Positions 7,926-18,300 of a DNA stretch of 64,000 nucleotides are shown here, one piece after another. The position numbers and the translations under genes are program-made. The notes beneath the pieces are model-generated. The model was given only the letters and a program-made list of their open reading frames with translations, ran no database searches and was not told where the DNA came from. This stretch comes from an uncultured Candidatus Poseidoniales archaeon (lineage in GTDB: Archaea; Thermoplasmatota; Poseidoniia; Poseidoniales; Thalassarchaeaceae), in NCBI GenBank assembly GCA_964645485.1, contig CAZXZO010000005.1, positions 15,269 through 79,268 on the forward strand, in the 5' to 3' direction. The first letter of the stretch is position 1. Every line of letters begins with the position of its first letter.

Positions 7926-8906
7926 TCAATGATGGTGCCCGAAGTCACTTTGCTCTAGTAGCCAACCACCTTCCATCACTGGACCCTGACGACAAGTCAA
8001 ACGGTCGCCAACCATGCACAATCCACAAACTGCAATTGCACAAGGGAGGTATCTTTCCATGGCAGCATAACATTCGATGCCTGCTCTTACAGCCATCTCT
8101 AGGACTGGTTTCATCATTGGTTCAGGTCCACACGTTAGTAAGATGCAATTCTCACTGTCTACCCCTTTGAGTAGTTCTTCAAGTGGTTGTGTTGGATAAC
8201 CATGAATTCCCTGAGTTCCATCGTCAGTAGTAATGGTGAGGGTGTCCAAGAGCCCTTCCATACGCTCGACGTAATGTGCTTCACTAGCATTTCTAAAACC
8301 CATGATTCCGTGAATGTTTACCCGGTCACCGAGTTTATTCCGAGCTTCCTTAGCCATCATGTGCATTGGGGTTGAGCCAATACCTCCTGAAACAAGGAGA
8401 AGGGTGCTACCTGAAGTTGGATTCGGGAAAGTTGTTCCAAATGGTCCTCTTAGGGCCAACCAATCCCCTTTAGCCATACGAGTTAACTCGCCACTCTGGC
8501 GACCCAAGTCTTTGATTGTGAATCCCATGAGTGTGTTCCCAACCCTTCCCTCATCGGCTGCGGTGGTTTCGTCAATTCCTGTTCGATCAATTTTGATATC
8601 TCCTACGCTGTAGGGTTTTTCAGAATTGAAATTAGTTCTACTCATTCCCCCTTCTGCATCGTAAGGATTCCAACACATGAAGAATTGTCCTGCTTTGTAG
8701 GCAGTTGCTAATTCTTCTGGAACTTGAAGCCACACTGTGACTACGCTTTCAGCCTCATGAACAATTTCCATGATTGGCAAAGGAATAGGTGCCAAAATTT
8801 TTCCTGATTTACTGAATTCTGTTGCCATCCGTTCACAGCATTTGTCTGCTAACTTCTGTAAATCAAAGTCTGCACTCCGTGTACTTGGTGAGGTTGATAG
8901 CGTCAA
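7926..8906 (-). CDS. pyrK: Dihydroorotate dehydrogenase electron transfer subunit
   Basis: FAD-binding KPYS, NAD-binding SGGIG, CGPEPMM, and 2Fe-2S CAIAVCGLC...C. It overlaps pyrD by 4 bp. Confidence 0.85.
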   Translation of the reverse strand: MTLSTSPSTRSADFDLQKLADKCCERMATEFSKSGKILAPIPLPIMEIVHEAESVVTVWLQVPEELATAYKAGQFFMCWNPYDAEGGMSRTNFNSEKPYSVGDIKIDRTGIDETTAADEGRVGNTLMGFTIKDLGRQSGELTRMAKGDWLALRGPFGTTFPNPTSGSTLLLVSGGIGSTPMHMMAKEARNKLGDRVNIHGIMGFRNASEAHYVERMEGLLDTLTITTDDGTQGIHGYPTQPLEELLKGVDSENCILLTCGPEPMMKPVLEMAVRAGIECYAAMERYLPCAIAVCGLCMVGDRLTCRQGPVMEGGWLLEQSDFGHHH

Positions 8907-9853
8907 TTCAATCCCTCCATTGAGTCAAGTGCAATCCCCCTCATTTTTCCAAGATTATCATATCCTTGCACATCCATGAATTCATTCAACTCATTCTCTA
9001 TCTGTGCGAATATATCAGCATCCCCATAGATTAGCGCACTACCAATTTGTACTGCTGATGCTCCTAGCATTATGAACCTAGCAACATCGAGTCCAGTGGT
9101 TATTCCACCCATTGCAATAATCGGTGCGGTAGGGATTTCACCCCGGCGCATTGCTAGAGCGACCTCAGCAACCTTTCTTTGAGCGATAGGGCGAATCGCA
9201 GGTCCAGACATTCCACAGAGGAGATTGCCGATTATTGGCCGGCCTGCATATGGGTCAACTTCCAGAGCGGACACCGTGTTGATGAGAGAAACACCGTCTG
9301 CACCCGCTTCCAAGGCCGCTCCTGCCTCTAAAGAGACTTGAGCGGTGTTCGGGGTCAGTTTGGCATAAACGGGGATTCCTACAGCCTGTTTTACCGCTGA
9401 AATATATTCTTTGATTAATTCAGGCTGTTGTCCAACGATTAAAGCACGACTTCCCGGTTTGGAGTGAGGGCAAGATAAATTCAGTTCCAACGCGGCTGCC
9501 CCAGCAGCCTCCATTTTCATAGCAATCTCAGTAACCGTTTGTGAATCCGGGCCGAAAATAGAAACCAACAACGGTTTTGAAAAATAATTTTGTGACAACA
9601 TTTCAGTAAACGAATCTACACCGGGATTAGGAAGTCCCATCGCGTTGAGAACAATCGAATCAGTTGCTTCCACACAAACTGGTCCAGGATAAATTTCTCT
9701 TGCAACAGGACCAATGCTCTTGGAGACCAATCCTCCACACTTACTTGCTGCTACTCGATGTAAGGCTGCAGCAGTGCCACCTTGGACACCACTTGCGAGC
9801 ATCAGAGGGTTTGCTAAAGCCAATCCGGGCACTTCAACGCCGAGTTCTGCCAT
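8903..9853 (-). CDS. pyrD: Dihydroorotate dehydrogenase family 1B catalytic subunit
   Basis: NPLMLASG, KS, NAMGLPNPG, ELNLSCPH, KLTPN, INT, GMSGPAIRP and VQIGSA. Confidence 0.92.
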   Translation of the reverse strand: MAELGVEVPGLALANPLMLASGVQGGTAAALHRVAASKCGGLVSKSIGPVAREIYPGPVCVEATDSIVLNAMGLPNPGVDSFTEMLSQNYFSKPLLVSIFGPDSQTVTEIAMKMEAAGAAALELNLSCPHSKPGSRALIVGQQPELIKEYISAVKQAVGIPVYAKLTPNTAQVSLEAGAALEAGADGVSLINTVSALEVDPYAGRPIIGNLLCGMSGPAIRPIAQRKVAEVALAMRRGEIPTAPIIAMGGITTGLDVARFIMLGASAVQIGSALIYGDADIFAQIENELNEFMDVQGYDNLGKMRGIALDSMEGLN

Positions 9854-9892
9854 CCTGCTCAATACGGCGGCTTAGCCGGCACTCTTCAAGCG

Positions 9893-10324
9893 TTGCGACT
9901 CATCGGCGCGTTTATGTCGGCTAGGGCGGGCTCACTTGGAGAAGCAGCTCGGCGGCTCCTAAAGTGTGAAAACGCGCGTTTAATTGTACCGATAGAGATA
10001 ATCTCAGAAGCCCATAAAATGGCTCTGCAAATAAGTGATGAATTGCCAAGCCTAGTTCACGAACCCAAAGTTGAGTTAGGGGCAGAAGAAAATATCGTTC
10101 GGGCTCAGTCACAAAATGGCTCACTTTTTGTTTTTGGTGGAGTTGAACAAACTCTTGACATTGTGTGGGTGCCAATTGGTAGAGATGAATTGGAAGATGT
10201 TTGGCGGAGATTTGCCCAAATTGTTTCAGACCTTTTGTCTGTTGGTTATCCGGGTTGTATTGATTGTGCCGGGCCAGCAGCAACCGAACCCTGGGATGAG
10301 GCTCTAAGCCGTTCGGGATTTTGA
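9893..10324 (+). CDS. Hypothetical protein with a C-terminal GCIDC motif
   Basis: A 143-aa ORF filling the gap, divergent from pyrD. No family recognised. Confidence 0.55.
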   Translation: MRLIGAFMSARAGSLGEAARRLLKCENARLIVPIEIISEAHKMALQISDELPSLVHEPKVELGAEENIVRAQSQNGSLFVFGGVEQTLDIVWVPIGRDELEDVWRRFAQIVSDLLSVGYPGCIDCAGPAATEPWDEALSRSGF

Positions 10325-10522
10325 AGTCGGCAACAAAAGAGAAAAATTGTTACTCTGGCGGGGGGAACTATGTTCCCCTGACTACTCACATATCTTCCAG
10401 CATTCAACATTGTTTATCTAGGGTTGATAGAGCGGACAGAATTCGGATGCGGATAGAGTCGTTGACAATCACAATTAGTCATCGGCGATTTCTTCGCTCG
10501 CGAGCGCACGTACGCGAAGCGA

Positions 10523-10546
10523 CTTCAATAACTCGCAATATTGAAG
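10523..10546. promoter_or_regulatory. Perfect 8-bp inverted repeat upstream of topA
   Basis: CTTCAATA-actcgcaa-TATTGAAG, ending 28 bp before the topA ATG. Confidence 0.35.
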
Positions 10547-10573
10547 GCGAAAAATGTGCCTGGAGGAGTATCC

Positions 10574-12877
10574 ATGAAAATGCTAATAGTTGAATCAAAA
10601 GCCAAAGCCAAGACCATACAAAAATATCTCGGGAAGACCTACTTGGTTCGAGCCTGTAATGGGCACGTTCAAGATTTACCTACAGGGAAACACAAGGACG
10701 CTAGAAAAGCAATGTGGGCCTCAAAAGAAGATAGCCTTCCACAACCGCCGTGGGATTTCACACAGCGGGCGAAAAAAACTGTTGATATGCTTCAAAAGGA
10801 TGCTAGCAAAGCGAATGTTGATGAAATTTTACTAGCAACTGACCCAGATAGAGAAGGGGAATTCATTGCTTGGAGGCTGAGTGAATTACTAGGTGATATT
10901 GCACCTTGCCGCCGAATAATCTTCCATGAGATTACAATGCCGGCAATAGAAGAAGCAATTTCAGCAGCAGCTGAAATTGATATCAATTTAGTCGATGCTG
11001 CTAAGGTCCGAAGATTCATGGATAGATTAGTCGGATATCGGACCTCAAAATTTGCTCGTTCGTGGCGATTGAAATCAATGGGGCGGGTTCAGACACCGAC
11101 CCTTGGATTCGTAGTTGACAAAGAGTTGGAACGGGAAGCATTCGTCCCAACTCCGTACTTCGCAGTAAAAGCAGATGCTCAAGGAATTAATTTCAATGCT
11201 AGATTCCATGAATCTGGTGATGAGGATGCTTGGCGAGATCAAGATGGTAAATTCGATTCTAGCCGGACAAATGATGAAGCCCTAGGCAAATCTGCCTACG
11301 AGTCATTGGTCAAGGAAGATAATTTAGTAATCTCTACCAACAAACCCTCAACTTACACAAGAAGAGCCCAGCCACCTTTTACCACCGATGCACTTCTACA
11401 ATCTGCAGGCAGTAGGTGGAGTAGTTGGACTCCAAAGAGAACAATGAGAGTAGCAAGCGAACTGTATAACGCAGGTCACATCACATACATCCGAACAGAT
11501 TCAACGAGGACAAGTGGAACAGCACGAACAACAGTCAAAGAATTGATTGAGAAAAGATGGGGTAGTGACCACATCGGTTCAGGCGTATTGGGTAAGCAAG
11601 ATGACAGCGCGCAAGACGCGCACGAAGCAATTCGCCCAACTAGGCCCGAAATACTTGCACCAGAAGACATTGGCAACGATGGATTACAACTCTACCAATT
11701 GATTTGGGCAAGATTCACCGCTAGTCAAATGAATAATTCAGAATATCAACGCCGCTCTTTAGTTGCTGAAGTAAATGGGTTTTCCAAGACATTGACTGGA
11801 ACCTACTCTTGGCGAACACATGCAGGTTGGGAAGCGGCGTTTGAAAACATCGCAACATCTCACCCAAAAACAACTGAGCCTGATTTCAATATTGAAGAAG
11901 GCGCATCCTTGAAAATTGACAAGAACGACGATAGCCCATCCTATATTGAGGATGAAACTAAACCACCCAGAAGATATCGCCAGCATAGTTTAGTTGCAGT
12001 GATGAAAGATCAAGGAATTGGCCGTCCATCAACATATGCAACTACAATTGCAAAATTATTGGAGCGGAAATATGTAGATGACGAAGGTGGTTCACTAGTT
12101 CCAACCGAGCAGGGACGTCTTTGTTGGTTAGAGGTTGCTCCGATGTATACCAGTCAAGATGATGAATCTCAAGTTTCTTTCTTATTCTCTGCTGAATTTA
12201 CCGCAGGAATGGAAGAAAGACTTGACGCGATTGAAGTTGGCAATAGAGGCGCACCATCTGTTTGGAACGGTTTCACACTTCATTTCAGAACACTTCATGC
12301 TACTGCACAAGAAATTAGAAGGTCAAAACCTACCCCTAATCAGATGAACAAATTCCGTCAATTAACCAGCAAGATGGCTCTGTCAGAAATCGCAGAACAC
12401 CTCAACAATAGGGATGCTGAAAGCCTAACAGGCTCTGAAATGAGTGATGTAATCAAAGCACTTCTTGAGTTAGGTTCTCCTCCCGCTACTGAAAAACAAG
12501 CCAACTTCGTAATCTCACTAGTTGATGATATTGAAGGGTTAGAACTTGATGAGGCTTTAGCAACTGAAGAATTGGAAGATATTGATGAAATGACAATGGA
12601 ACAGGCGAGTGCACTGATAACCACTTTGATTGACAAGAGGGATGAAATCCCGCGTCCAGCTAGCGATAAGCAACTCAAACTAATCAAGCAAAAAATTGAA
12701 CAGTTAGAATCCACAGAAGAAGACGTTTGCAAGTTAGTTGGAGTTAAGTCATTATCCGAGTTAACCGGTGGTCGCAAGGGTAATGCGAGCACCCTTATCA
12801 CGGAACTTATCAACAAAACCGGAGGGCCTCGCCGCGGCAGAGGAAGAAAACGAGGCGGTAAAGGAAAAAAGAAGTGA
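10574..12877 (+). CDS. topA: Type IA DNA topoisomerase I
   Basis: Toprim LIVES and ATDPDREGE, SMGRVQTP, catalytic ITYIRTD, QDAHEAIRPT and GIGRPSTY. GGAGG precedes the ATG at 10574. Confidence 0.95.
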   Translation: MKMLIVESKAKAKTIQKYLGKTYLVRACNGHVQDLPTGKHKDARKAMWASKEDSLPQPPWDFTQRAKKTVDMLQKDASKANVDEILLATDPDREGEFIAWRLSELLGDIAPCRRIIFHEITMPAIEEAISAAAEIDINLVDAAKVRRFMDRLVGYRTSKFARSWRLKSMGRVQTPTLGFVVDKELEREAFVPTPYFAVKADAQGINFNARFHESGDEDAWRDQDGKFDSSRTNDEALGKSAYESLVKEDNLVISTNKPSTYTRRAQPPFTTDALLQSAGSRWSSWTPKRTMRVASELYNAGHITYIRTDSTRTSGTARTTVKELIEKRWGSDHIGSGVLGKQDDSAQDAHEAIRPTRPEILAPEDIGNDGLQLYQLIWARFTASQMNNSEYQRRSLVAEVNGFSKTLTGTYSWRTHAGWEAAFENIATSHPKTTEPDFNIEEGASLKIDKNDDSPSYIEDETKPPRRYRQHSLVAVMKDQGIGRPSTYATTIAKLLERKYVDDEGGSLVPTEQGRLCWLEVAPMYTSQDDESQVSFLFSAEFTAGMEERLDAIEVGNRGAPSVWNGFTLHFRTLHATAQEIRRSKPTPNQMNKFRQLTSKMALSEIAEHLNNRDAESLTGSEMSDVIKALLELGSPPATEKQANFVISLVDDIEGLELDEALATEELEDIDEMTMEQASALITTLIDKRDEIPRPASDKQLKLIKQKIEQLESTEEDVCKLVGVKSLSELTGGRKGNASTLITELINKTGGPRRGRGRKRGGKGKKK

Positions 12878-12940
12878 CCCTTTACAAAAATTGAAAAATC
12901 CGAGTGGCAAACTACGATAGAGGCTACCACCCCGCGTAAC

Positions 12941-14152
12941 TTGATGACGGGGCATAAAGTGGATGTTCTGATAGTCGGAGCAGGACCAGTAGGTGGCTAT
13001 TTGGCCAAAATTTTGGCGACTTCCGGACTTTCGACTCTTCTTCTTGAGGAGCATAAGGAAGTTGGGCGGCCTTTCCAATGTGCTGGATTAGTGAATCCTG
13101 ACGCGATGGAAAAAGTCAGTCTTGAATCAACCATTCTAACTTCTGTTTGGGGGGCGAGAATACACAGTCCAAAAGGCACCTGCGTTGAAGTAGGAGAAGA
13201 AGGGAAAGTAAGAACTCACGTGGTTTGCAGAAAATTATTCGATGAAGGTGTTGTATCTCAAGCCTTAGAGAAGGGTGCTGATTTATGGCTCGACTCACGC
13301 CCTATATCTGCTGAAGTTCGAGCAAATGATGTTGTCGTCAAAGTTGATAGATCAGGCCAAGAAATTGAAGTTGAGGCAGCACTTCTGTGTGGCGCCGATG
13401 GCGCTCATTCCTGGGTTCGCCGTCATTTCAAAATGGGGAGGCCTTCTGAATTCATGATAGGTTTTCAAGCCGAGTTGATGGGTTATTCTGGGGCGAATGG
13501 TCGACTCGACATGTACACTGGTGAAAAGGTTGCTCCGGGACTTTTTGCATGGGCGATTCCTAGTGGAAGAAGTTGGAGAATTGGCGTTTGGTCTAAGACT
13601 AATGACTTGAAGGGGAGAAGTTGTGAGCAACTTTACGAGACACTTCTAAACCATCCAATATGGAAGGAGAGATTTTCTGGCGCTAAAGAAGTTGCAAGAT
13701 ATTGTGGCCCACTACCATGCGGAATAGTAAAGAATCCTGTAAAAGAAAGAGTTGCTCTTTTCGGTGATGCAGTTGGCCTGTGTAAACCAACCACAGGTGG
13801 CGGGATTGGAAAAGGATTCCAACAAATTGATGAGATGGCTGACGAACTTATCAAAGCAATACAAACCAATCGTCTTTCACTTTCTGAGATGAAGCGAATT
13901 GCGAAGCCGCTCAAAGCAATGAAAAAAGACCAGAAGAGGGCAAGAATCTTACGCGATTTATTTCTCACAGATTGTGATGATGAAAAATTGGAGAAAACGT
14001 TCAAAACATTTGCGAAACCAAACGTAGTCGAACTAATTAACCAAAATGGTGACATTGAAAAACCGGTAAAACTTGGTATCAAGATGTTGAAGGAAGTGCC
14101 AGAGTTTAGAAGCATGGCTGCTGGAGCAACTTGGGCATTATTGAAGGGGTGA
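12941..14152 (+). CDS. Geranylgeranyl reductase family (digeranylgeranylglycerophospholipid reductase-like)
   Basis: IVGAGPVG, GRPFQCAGLV, GADGAHS, FAWAIP and GDAVGLCKPTTGGGI. Confidence 0.85.
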   Translation: MMTGHKVDVLIVGAGPVGGYLAKILATSGLSTLLLEEHKEVGRPFQCAGLVNPDAMEKVSLESTILTSVWGARIHSPKGTCVEVGEEGKVRTHVVCRKLFDEGVVSQALEKGADLWLDSRPISAEVRANDVVVKVDRSGQEIEVEAALLCGADGAHSWVRRHFKMGRPSEFMIGFQAELMGYSGANGRLDMYTGEKVAPGLFAWAIPSGRSWRIGVWSKTNDLKGRSCEQLYETLLNHPIWKERFSGAKEVARYCGPLPCGIVKNPVKERVALFGDAVGLCKPTTGGGIGKGFQQIDEMADELIKAIQTNRLSLSEMKRIAKPLKAMKKDQKRARILRDLFLTDCDDEKLEKTFKTFAKPNVVELINQNGDIEKPVKLGIKMLKEVPEFRSMAAGATWALLKG

Positions 14153-15246
14153 ATATATTGCCAAAATGGACAAAGTTGAGAATGAGATTCCCTCCATTTG
14201 ATGCGCCATCACACATCCCAGATGAGATGTATCAGACAGATATTTGCTGGCAGCAAAGTGAAGACGGGGTTGAGGAATTATCTTTGGGGTCGACTGCAGG
14301 ATGGTTCATTCACAGAACAATTAGTTCTGACCAACCTAAATCCTCGAAAGTTATTTCTGAATTTGATTCAAAATCCGAAACGGAGGCTCTGCTTTCATCC
14401 CGTGTAGGTTGGGGGTTATCCCCCCACCCATTCCATTCTATAGCAAGAAAATGGATACCTTATGGGGTTATAACATTAATTTTTGCAATTGTGATGCACG
14501 TGTTAGAACCTGTGCTCTTGGGTGCTGGATTAATTTCAGAAAGGTTTGCAGGCAGTATCAACCTCGGCCTTCTGGATTATCCAATTTTATTCGTTATGGC
14601 AGCACCTTTTGTTGTAATTCCGATAGTTCTCAGAGTATTGGGTAATGTCGCTGATATCAGAAACCAGCACATGTTCAAAAAAAATTTACCACCTGCGCCA
14701 AAAATCGAGGTCAGCAATTCGCTAACGGATGGCCCGATAATGGTTAAAGTGACAATTCCTGAAAAATTTAAAAACCGTCAATTGAAGGGCTTTGTTAGGG
14801 TTGGATTGTTACCTCCACATCGTGATGCGATGATGACTGCACTTACTGGAGAGGACTTTGATTATCCTCCTGTAGGTCTATCCACTCCTCTTCCTATTGG
14901 CTGGATGAAGCGCGCTGATGATGGGTCTGGAATTGGTGAATCTACACCAATGCTGATTGGTAGAGGGTCTAGTAGCCTTTTTATCGAACCAATGAGAATC
15001 CAAGTAAGGGGAGGAATACAATCTATCTCTTCTGATGAAGAAGTTGAATTAGAGACTCCAGAAGGACCTTGGCCACCAAGTGAATATGGGCCATTTGTTA
15101 ACATTAATTGGGAATTAGTCCTCGAATTCCATAGAAGTGGCAAACGGCCACTTTACTGGATAGAGAGACTCAACGTAGAATCCTCAGCGACTTTGCACAG
15201 CGTTCCACACCTAATTGCACATGGTGGGCGCTTGGAATCAACATGA
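14149..15246 (+). CDS. Hypothetical membrane protein (2-3 TM segments)
   Basis: Long ORF coupled to the GGR gene by a GTGA overlap. Hydrophobic segments at about aa 105-170. Confidence 0.65.
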   Translation: MNILPKWTKLRMRFPPFDAPSHIPDEMYQTDICWQQSEDGVEELSLGSTAGWFIHRTISSDQPKSSKVISEFDSKSETEALLSSRVGWGLSPHPFHSIARKWIPYGVITLIFAIVMHVLEPVLLGAGLISERFAGSINLGLLDYPILFVMAAPFVVIPIVLRVLGNVADIRNQHMFKKNLPPAPKIEVSNSLTDGPIMVKVTIPEKFKNRQLKGFVRVGLLPPHRDAMMTALTGEDFDYPPVGLSTPLPIGWMKRADDGSGIGESTPMLIGRGSSSLFIEPMRIQVRGGIQSISSDEEVELETPEGPWPPSEYGPFVNINWELVLEFHRSGKRPLYWIERLNVESSATLHSVPHLIAHGGRLEST

Positions 15247-15301
15247 TTTACAGTTCACTGTTATTGCCAACGTATTTGACTTGCCACGCGCTCGGTAAAG
15301 C

Positions 15302-18300
15302 GTGAATAGAAAGGCTGTACTCTCATCAATGTTGATTTTCGTCTTACTTTTTTCAGGGTGCTTAGGTTTCCTTAGTGATGACACCGGTGATGTTGTCACA
15401 ATAGATGAAGATCCCCTGATTAGTGCTAATGAAGTCGATGATATCAACTATGGCGGCTCTGTGTTCGTGAGTGGGACTGTTACTGATGAATTGCCGACCG
15501 AAGCACGAGTAACAATTGCATTCTCAATACCTTGGGGAACAATTTACGAAACGCCTGATGAAGATGGCAATTGGCAATATAGCTTAGGTGGGCTTGAGCC
15601 TGGTGACTACAATGTGACATTTACAGTGGTTGATGATTCCGACCAATCTTCTGATACTATCACCAAGAGTTTTACCGTGCATCCACCAATAGAACAAGAT
15701 GTTTTGATGGTTGTTTGGAGGTCTGATATTCGTTACGAAATTGGTGAAGAAACTTCAGTTACGGGCCAATTAACCCATTCTACACTTTCTTCGTGTACAA
15801 TCTCATATTCTCTCATTTCTGAGGTGGGGGGTAATTCACCAGTTCATCAACCAATGGAAGTACCAATTAATTTTGACACTTCAAGTGGTATGTTTTCAAT
15901 TTCCCTAGGTATTCTCAATGGAACTAGTAATGGTACTGTTAGGGCAAGTTGTGGGCAATATACTACTTCCGAAGATAGTGTTTTAGTTTCTTTTCAGCCT
16001 CTAGAACAACCTATATCCGATCTTGATGGAGATGGTATAGCGGATGAATTTGATGACTGCGAGGACGGTGAATCATTCTCATCTTCTTTGACTACAGACT
16101 ATGATTCTGATGGCTGTTATGACCTTACTGAGGACCTTGATGACGATAATGACGGAATAGGTGATACAATTGATAATTGCCAAAAGGGAATTCTTGGCTG
16201 GATATCTACTCCAGCAGTTGACAAAGATAGTGACGGCTGTAGAGATGTGGATGAAGATGATGATGACGATGGGGATACAATCCTAGATGCTGAAGATTCT
16301 TGTTTAGATTCACCTTATGGATGGATATCCAACTTTGTTTCGGATTATGATCGAGATGGGTGCCGTGATTCAGGTGCCGACATAGATGATGATAATGATG
16401 GGATTGCAGATTCAGTTGATGATTGCCCAACCGGAGTCATTGGATGGCTGCCAGACGCTCAAAATGACCAAGATTCAGATGGCTGTAGAGATGCTGATGA
16501 AGATGATGATGATGACAATGATTCTGTTTTCGACAATAATGATTCCTGCCCAAATACACTGGCAAATTATTCTGTAAATGAGTTCGGCTGTGCTGCATAC
16601 GAGTGGGATGAAGACAGTGACGGCGTAATGGACGATACTGACGCTTGTCAAGGTACTCCAATTGGATTAGTAGTTAATGAACAAGGATGTGCTGACTTAG
16701 ATGGGGATGGGGTGTTTGCAAATATTGACCAATGTGCTGATTCACCTGCAAGATGGTCTGTTGATAGCATGGGCTGTGCAGTCATTCAAAATCCGGTTGC
16801 TTGGCATTCCGGACCTTATTCATCTGAGCGTTTTGGCAAAGCGGCTGACTTCAATTTCGCAACAAAGTATGATGGCAATTGGCAACTTTCAAACCAATGG
16901 GATGGCAATAGCACTTACATCTTCATTTTCTTACAGAGTTCAAGTTCCTACATGAATGGTCTTTGGGGACAGAGTGTTGGCACTTTATTAGATGGGCTTC
17001 CTAAAGATTCTCACATTTTCTTTGGATCTTATGATAGCGATTGGCAATCGGATGTTGACACCATGGCAAGTAGAGTAAGTTCTTACAGAAATAGTCAGAG
17101 TGATGAGGGTAAAATTTGGGTCGATGACAACGTGCACTTCGTTTATCAGCAGGCTGGTTCAATTGGAGGAGGTCTTGGAAGTGTTATTTCATCCTGGAGC
17201 CAGTTTTACTATGGCATTGATAGATTTCAACAATGGCGGGAGGTTGGTTCACTATACAATTGGGCGAAGACATGGTCTTCCGACCCTGACTACAGATTTG
17301 ATTACCTAGCAAAAGAACCACAGATGTGGAACGCAGAGTTCCCTGTAGAGATGCGAAAGCATGACCCAGCAATCACCGTGGTAGATTTGTGGGACGCTCA
17401 AAGGCACACAGGTGGATGGCAGGGTGGTCACAAATCATTTGCCAATGGCACATTCCCGAATGCAACCACCATGTTAACATTCAACACAATGGAAGTTTAC
17501 ATGCATCATGGTTGTAGTGAAAAACGGGACCGATATCAGAAGGGAGATGGAACTTGGGGTGGCTGCCATGAGTGGGATTATGACCAGCGACTGAATATTT
17601 GTCAAGAATTTGGCAACCATTCAACTTGTGGAGATGAATTTGTTAGATATATCACAACTTATGGTAGGGAAGGGAGGTGGCTGACAGATATCAGTCCATA
17701 CCTCTTCATGCTCAAAGATGGTGGGCCAAAAGAATTCCGTTATGGTGGAGCAAATGGTGGTTGGCTCAATATCTCTGTTTATCTATCGACTTGGGATGAT
17801 GATGGAATGCGGCCAACTTCAGCAGAGTATGCTTTCAGCGGTGGTTCATTCCGTGGCCAATATAACAACGAATCCCTCTACAAGAGAGTTCATGATTTAA
17901 CGATACCAAACGGTACTGACAAGGTGGTAATTTCATCAGTTGTGACTGGTCACGGTTTTGGCAAAGATGATGCAAATTGTGCCGAGTTTTGTAACCACGA
18001 ACATCGTTTCTTTATGAATGGGCATGTGACTCAAGAAGATTTCCCGATGGCTGGAAATGGAACAGTTGCTAGCGACCGCGAAGGTTGTGCTAAAGAGACA
18101 GATATGGGGACCGTTGCCAATCAAAAAGGCTCGTGGCCGTACGGTCGTGCGGGATGGTGTGCTGGGCAAGACACAAAACCCTGGGTTTGGGATATTACCA
18201 ATTGGGTAGACTGGTCTGGTGGCCCGAATTCGTTACGTTATCAGGGATTATATAATGGCGTAAACTATGTTCCACAGAACGAACAAAGTGGCGCTAATCA

